Origin: an uncultured Acidobacteriota bacterium
Lineage (GTDB): Bacteria; Acidobacteriota; Thermoanaerobaculia; Multivoradales; JAHEKO01
Direction of reading: 5' to 3'
Assembly: GCA_963713825.1 (NCBI GenBank)
Contig: CAVQNG010000001.1
Coordinates: 96,001 to 160,000 of the forward strand
DNA: 64,000 nucleotides
In this document: in pieces, positions 59,195 through 64,000 of the stretch
Layout: each line of letters starts with the position of its first letter
Numbering within the stretch: position 1 is the first letter of the stretch
The notes under the pieces: model-generated
What the model was told of the DNA's origin: nothing
The model's input: only the letters and a program-made list of their open reading frames with translations
The model's database searches: none
Program-made: the position numbers and the translations under genes

Positions 59195-60025
59195 ATGAAC
59201 GATGAGCTACTTGCAGGCGCCGTGGCGGCGGCCCAGGCTGGCGGCGAGGTGCTTCGTCGCCGGTTTGGAGACAGCTCGCTCGACGTCCAGACCAAGTCCG
59301 AGAACGACTTCGTGACGATCGCTGATCGCGAGAGCGAAGAGGCCGTACTGAAGTGTCTCGAGGATCGGTTCCCTGGGCACCGTGTGCTGAGCGAAGAGGC
59401 GGGCTATCGAGGCGGTGACGCCAGCGAATTCGAGTGGATCGTAGATCCTCTGGACGGGACAACCAACTTTTTGCAGGGGCTGCCGACCTATGCGGTTTCG
59501 GTTGCGTGCCGCAAGGGAGACGAGATGCTCGCCGCCGCCGTTCTGGCCCCGGACCGTGGTGACCTGTTCACGGCCTGTCTCGGCGGTGGCGCCTTCTGGA
59601 ATGATCGTCCGATCTCGGTGTCCAGCCGCGAGGGCCTGAAGGGGGCTTTCCTGGCCACGGGATACCCGTTCAAGGCCAAAGCGGCTCTCGGCCTCTATCT
59701 CGATGTGTTTCGAGACGTCTTCCTCGAAGCGCGGGCCATTCGGCGCTGCGGTGCGGCGGCTCTGGACCTGGCCTATACGGCTGCCGGAATCTTCGACGGG
59801 TTCTTCGAGTTTCGGCTGTCTGCCTGGGATGTGGCTGCCGGCGGGCTGTTGATCGAGGAGGCTGGAGGAGCCGTCAGCGACCTGAATGGGGGGCGGGATT
59901 TCTTGAGGACCGGAAATCTGCTTGCCGGCTCGCAAGCAGTGCAGGCGGACTTGCTCGAAGTCCTCGGTCGGCACGCTGGCGAAGCTGAGCTGGACGGGCT
60001 TGTGGAAAGGCCCTCAGTCGGTTGA
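59195..60025 (+). CDS. suhB: Inositol monophosphatase family protein
   Basis: DFVTIAD, SEE, WIVDPLDGTTNF, WDVAAG; start refined to ATG 59195. Confidence 0.9.
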   Translation: MNDELLAGAVAAAQAGGEVLRRRFGDSSLDVQTKSENDFVTIADRESEEAVLKCLEDRFPGHRVLSEEAGYRGGDASEFEWIVDPLDGTTNFLQGLPTYAVSVACRKGDEMLAAAVLAPDRGDLFTACLGGGAFWNDRPISVSSREGLKGAFLATGYPFKAKAALGLYLDVFRDVFLEARAIRRCGAAALDLAYTAAGIFDGFFEFRLSAWDVAAGGLLIEEAGGAVSDLNGGRDFLRTGNLLAGSQAVQADLLEVLGRHAGEAELDGLVERPSVG

Positions 60026-60058
60026 GACGACTCGTGCTAGGGTCTTTTCGGAGCCCTT

Positions 60059-61117
60059 ATGGCTGACGAAATTCCCGATCGGGAACCTGTTCTCGAGATC
60101 CAATTCCATCCCGCAGGAATCCGGCGGGGCGTCGGCTATCTCTTCTTGAGGCGGCGTCACCTACGACTCCTGGCGGTCTCTGGAGTCGGGCTGGCGCTCT
60201 TGGTCTTGTTTGGTTTGATCGTCACTCCGAGCGTCGTGGCGAATCGATTCCGACTTGCCCGGTATCGTCAGTTAGCAGAGGAGCGCAGCCAGCAAGGCCG
60301 TCGTCTCGACCAACTCACCTCCGAGCTCGAAGAACTGGCCACTCGTAGCGAGGAGATGCACCTCAGGACGGGGCGCATTCTCTTGACCTACGGGTTGGAC
60401 AGCGAGGATTCGATCGGTCAAGGCGGGTTCCCCTACAGCTCTCCGGAGCCGATCACCACGATCTACTCGGACGCCGTTCAGCATGGGCAGGACATGAAGG
60501 CGCAGGTGAGCGAGCAGGTCGCCGTTCTGGATACATTTCTCGAGGAACTGGAGACCTTCGAGTCGGCACACAATGAGCAGGTGCGAGTGACACCTTCGGT
60601 CTGCCCCCTGCCCGAGCGGCAGTTTGTGCTCACCAGCCCGTTCGGTCGGCGGCGGAGCCCATTCACCAAGCAGATCGACAACCACCCCGGGTTGGATCTG
60701 GCGGCGACGTCCGGCACCGAGATTCGTGCACCAGCCGATGCCGTGGTGGTCTTTGCTGGGCGCTATCCGAGTCGGCAGAGCGTCTCGTGGTGGAGATATG
60801 GGAACCTCGTGGCGCTGGCTCACGGCGACCGCTTCATTACGCTGTTCGGACATTGCGACGAGATCGGTGTGAAAAGCGGACAGCAGGTGGAACAGGGTGA
60901 GGTCATCGCCACGGTGGGCAACAGCGGATGGAGCACCAGTCCACACCTACATTACGAGGTGCGGCGAAGAGAGGAAGACGGTAGATTCGCGCCGGTCGAT
61001 CCGAGAATCTACATTCTGGATCACCAATGGCGCGACGAAGAACAGATCCTGATACGGGCCCGGCAGGCGCCCGACCTGTCCGACTTCGAGCCCTTGCCGC
61101 GCCTGATCGCGCGGTAG
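60059..61117 (+). CDS. M23 family peptidase with TM anchor and coiled coil
   Basis: TM segment, coiled coil, HPGLD and PHLHYEV LytM motifs. Confidence 0.9.
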   Translation: MADEIPDREPVLEIQFHPAGIRRGVGYLFLRRRHLRLLAVSGVGLALLVLFGLIVTPSVVANRFRLARYRQLAEERSQQGRRLDQLTSELEELATRSEEMHLRTGRILLTYGLDSEDSIGQGGFPYSSPEPITTIYSDAVQHGQDMKAQVSEQVAVLDTFLEELETFESAHNEQVRVTPSVCPLPERQFVLTSPFGRRRSPFTKQIDNHPGLDLAATSGTEIRAPADAVVVFAGRYPSRQSVSWWRYGNLVALAHGDRFITLFGHCDEIGVKSGQQVEQGEVIATVGNSGWSTSPHLHYEVRRREEDGRFAPVDPRIYILDHQWRDEEQILIRARQAPDLSDFEPLPRLIAR

Positions 61118-61155
61118 TCGGAGCGTTGGCGCGATCGAACTGGGAGCTCACAGCG

Positions 61156-61950
61156 ATGTCCAAGCAAATCATCAGCAGCAAGACACCGACCATGATCATC
61201 CCGCAAGGTACCGAGATTCACTCGGATGCCCACGGTCAGCTCAATATCAGGACCCCGGGGAATCTGGTGATCGAGACCTCGGGACATTACGGGATTCTCG
61301 AATCGCTGCATGGCTCGATTCGTATCGAACCCGAGGCTGACGTGGAAGCCGTCCAGGTCCGCTGCTCGGAAGCCTGCTACGTGCAGGGAAATTTGACGGC
61401 CTGGAAGGTGTCTGCGCACTCCTTGCAGCTGGAGAGTCAGGCCAGGGCAAGTATCGTCTTGCAGGACACCAAGGAGCTCTCGATCGGCAAGGGAGCGCAA
61501 TTGGTCGGTAACTTCTCCTCTGAGAAAGAGCTCTTCGTCCTTTTCTCCCGATTTGCCGAGCAACTGAAGACACTACCCCTATTCGCCAGACGGAGCTCCG
61601 AAACCCAGGAGCTGAGCGAAGGCGACGATTCCGGGACCCTGGTCATACCCATGACCCGAGAGCCCGAGGAGATCGCGGCCGAACCCGATCACTCTGTCAG
61701 CTTGCATTCCGAGCTTCCTGATCCGCTCTTTTTCGCCCTCATACTCCTCGAGCGCGAGTTTGCTCGCTCGGCCTACGGACCGACATCCCAACGAGTTATC
61801 GAGGAGCTCATCAAGCTGCTCCAGGAAAAGGACCTGGAGGCTCTCAGTCTGACCTACAGGACGTTGTGCGGCAGGATCGTCGAGCCCGGTGGTGATATTC
61901 GCCGCGCCTTCGACCTGATGGAAACGTACTTCAGCGCGCTGTCGCCATGA
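61156..61950 (+). CDS. Bactofilin-like beta-helix protein with helical C-terminal extension
   Basis: IIPQGTEI...GNL.I...I...A.V...V.GNL.A...LSIGKGAQLVGN repeats; directly after the M23 gene. Confidence 0.55.
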   Translation: MSKQIISSKTPTMIIPQGTEIHSDAHGQLNIRTPGNLVIETSGHYGILESLHGSIRIEPEADVEAVQVRCSEACYVQGNLTAWKVSAHSLQLESQARASIVLQDTKELSIGKGAQLVGNFSSEKELFVLFSRFAEQLKTLPLFARRSSETQELSEGDDSGTLVIPMTREPEEIAAEPDHSVSLHSELPDPLFFALILLEREFARSAYGPTSQRVIEELIKLLQEKDLEALSLTYRTLCGRIVEPGGDIRRAFDLMETYFSALSP

Positions 61951-62411
61951 GCACACTCGAGCGGGCGCAGAAGGTGGCCTTCTGGATTGCCGCGGTCTGC
62001 GCTGCGCTTGGATTCGTCACCAGTGCAGGGTGTGGACCGATCTCCGATCTGCCAGGTGGGCTGGCTGGATGGCTTCATCCAGTGCTCCTGATCGGTGGGA
62101 TCGCGGCAGGGTTGACGGCCGCAGCCCGCAACGACGAGATCGATCGCATTCGCTGGAGAGTCGTCGAAGACTCGATGCTGACGAGCGATGAGCGCGACTA
62201 TGCTCACCGCAATGCCGAACGGGAGAGGCGGTGGGCCTCCACGGCTTTCCTCTCGGCTCCCCTGATGCTGGGATACTGGATGGCCTACCAGATCGAGGGC
62301 GGTGGCCGTCGCCTCGATGCCCAGCTGCTGCCGCTGACTGCTGTAGTGGGCTCTGTAATCGGCTATCTGCTGGCCAGGATGCGAGCGCGGCGCCGCGAAC
62401 CCCGAGCCTGA
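61947..62411 (+). CDS. Membrane protein (about 4 TM)
   Basis: ATGA overlap with the upstream stop; hydrophobic segments. Confidence 0.65.
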   Translation: MSTLERAQKVAFWIAAVCAALGFVTSAGCGPISDLPGGLAGWLHPVLLIGGIAAGLTAAARNDEIDRIRWRVVEDSMLTSDERDYAHRNAERERRWASTAFLSAPLMLGYWMAYQIEGGGRRLDAQLLPLTAVVGSVIGYLLARMRARRREPRA

Positions 62412-62415
62412 AGTC

Positions 62416-64000
62416 TCAGAGCGATGTGGCTCGCATGACCTCTTCGTAGGTGGTGACGCCTTCCGCCAGCTTGCGCAGTGCCGACTGACGCAGGGTCCTC
62501 ATGCCGTGGGTGACGGCCTCCCGCTTGATCTTCGGTGCATCGGCGCCTTCGAGGATGAGCTGCTTGACGAGATCGTTGATCGCCAGGACTTCGAAGATCC
62601 CGGTGCGCCCGAAGTAGCCGGTGCCACGGCACTCGAAGCAGCCGGCGCCGCTCTTGACCTTGATCCGCTTGCCAGGTGCCACCGACAGCATCAAGGTCTT
62701 GATCTCATCGCCGCTCAGGTAGCGGTCTTCAGCGCAGTGTGGACAGACCTTTCGCACGAGACGCTGAGCCATGGCCCCAGCCAGCGTCGAGGTGACCAGG
62801 TAGCGCTCCAGGCCGAGGTCGATCAGGCGAGTGATCGAAGAGGCTGCATCGTTGGTGTGCAAGGTGGAGAACACGAGGTGGCCGGTCAGAGCGGCTTGAA
62901 TGGAGTACTGGGCCGTCTCGGGATCGCGGATCTCACCGACCATGATGATGTCCGGATCCTGCCGCAAGATGTGCCGCAAGGCAGCAGCGAAAGTGACGCC
63001 CGCCTTGATATTCACCGCCGTTTGGTTGAAGGCGGGAGACACCATCTCGATCGGATCTTCGATGGTCGTGATGTTGAGCTCCGGAGTGGAGATGGCGGTG
63101 AGTGCAGAGTAGAGGGTCGTCGTCTTACCTGATCCAGTTGGGCCGGTGACAAGAATGATGCCGTGTGGCCGGGTGATGAAGTTGTTGAACAGATCGAGCT
63201 CGTCGGGGTAGAAGCCGAGCGAGGGGAGATCCTGGATGAGAACCTCTGGATCGAAGATGCGTAGCACGAGCTTCTCGCCGAATGCCACTGGCAGCGTCGA
63301 GACCCGAAGCTCGATTTCCTTGCCGCCACGTTGGGTCTTGACCCTGCCGTCCTGGGGACGACGTTTCTCGGCGATATCCAATCGAGACATGGTCTTGATG
63401 CGACTGACCACTGCCTTGTGGACGATCTTCGGCACCGTCTGGATATCGTGTAGCACCCCATCGATGCGAAAGCGAATCAGGCAATCCTCGCGCTTGGGCT
63501 CGATGTGGATGTCGCTCGCCCTGGTGTCGTATCCGTGCTGCAGCATGAACTCGACGGCATTGACGATGTGCTGGTCGCTGGACTCGATCTCCGCCTCGTC
63601 CTTCATCCGCACCAGGGCTTCGAGGTTGCCGAGATCGATGCCCTGAGAGAGGTCCTTCTCGGCTCTCTTCACCGAGTGGCGCAGACCGTAGAACTCATTG
63701 ATGCCTTTGAGGATGTCGGGCTCGGAAGCCACCAGCAGATCGATGTCCCTCTCGACGATGCGGCGAAACGAGTCGATGCTCTCCAGGTCATAGGGATTGG
63801 CGCAGGCCACCTGCAGTCGGCCATCCCGCATTCCCAGAGGCAGCATGCGGTGCCGCTTGGCGAAGGGCCTCGACATCCTGCTCTCGATGAGGTCCGCATC
63901 GAGGTCGAGAGGATCGATGCGGACGAACTCGAGATCGGCGTCCGCTGCGACCGCCTTTGCAATCTCGACTTCCCCCAGGACGCCGGATGGATCGCCAGGA
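62416..64000 (-). CDS. GspE/PulE/PilB family secretion ATPase (5' end beyond window)
   Basis: ASDIHIEP, RRPQDG, GPTGSGKT, TIEDPIE, LRQDPD, STLHTN, CPHC/CFEC. Confidence 0.93.
   Translation of the reverse strand, partial: PGDPSGVLGEVEIAKAVAADADLEFVRIDPLDLDADLIESRMSRPFAKRHRMLPLGMRDGRLQVACANPYDLESIDSFRRIVERDIDLLVASEPDILKGINEFYGLRHSVKRAEKDLSQGIDLGNLEALVRMKDEAEIESSDQHIVNAVEFMLQHGYDTRASDIHIEPKREDCLIRFRIDGVLHDIQTVPKIVHKAVVSRIKTMSRLDIAEKRRPQDGRVKTQRGGKEIELRVSTLPVAFGEKLVLRIFDPEVLIQDLPSLGFYPDELDLFNNFITRPHGIILVTGPTGSGKTTTLYSALTAISTPELNITTIEDPIEMVSPAFNQTAVNIKAGVTFAAALRHILRQDPDIIMVGEIRDPETAQYSIQAALTGHLVFSTLHTNDAASSITRLIDLGLERYLVTSTLAGAMAQRLVRKVCPHCAEDRYLSGDEIKTLMLSVAPGKRIKVKSGAGCFECRGTGYFGRTGIFEVLAINDLVKQLILEGADAPKIKREAVTHGMRTLRQSALRKLAEGVTTYEEVMRATSL

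Overview
High-GC bacterial chromosome segment, probably Acidobacteriota (Thermoanaerobaculia-like). This taxonomy is inferred from the acidobacterial VWA protein, the MIAFATLFLGLVLG-type protein and the GFESG tails. Left part (1-34 kb): many secreted or lipoprotein hydrolases (DUF885, DUF1800/DUF1501, M43, M6-like, S9, sulfatase- and phosphatase-like), a three-gene module ending in a ribbon-helix-helix regulator behind an 8-bp periodic operator array, and a deleted ilvE/leuB remnant. About 34.3-50.5 kb is an accessory tract ending at tRNA-Thr(CGT). It holds (i) an amidinotransferase + Pls/PosA-like membrane NRPS + Sfp PPTase cluster, the best candidate for an undescribed system (a possible guanidino-containing poly(amino acid)), (ii) IS fragments around an ankyrin gene, and (iii) a B12-radical SAM + 67-aa peptide + transglutaminase-like trio next to a broken tRNA-Ser. 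Right part is core genome: CDF transporter, smc, pyrR-pyrB-pyrC, suhB, M23 + bactofilin-like gene and a GspE/PilB ATPase. Four unrelated exported proteins share a C-terminal [IM][FL]xxGFE[SW]G[DG]xxxW[ST] tail, a probable sorting or anchoring signal. All calls were made by eye; no database searches were run.
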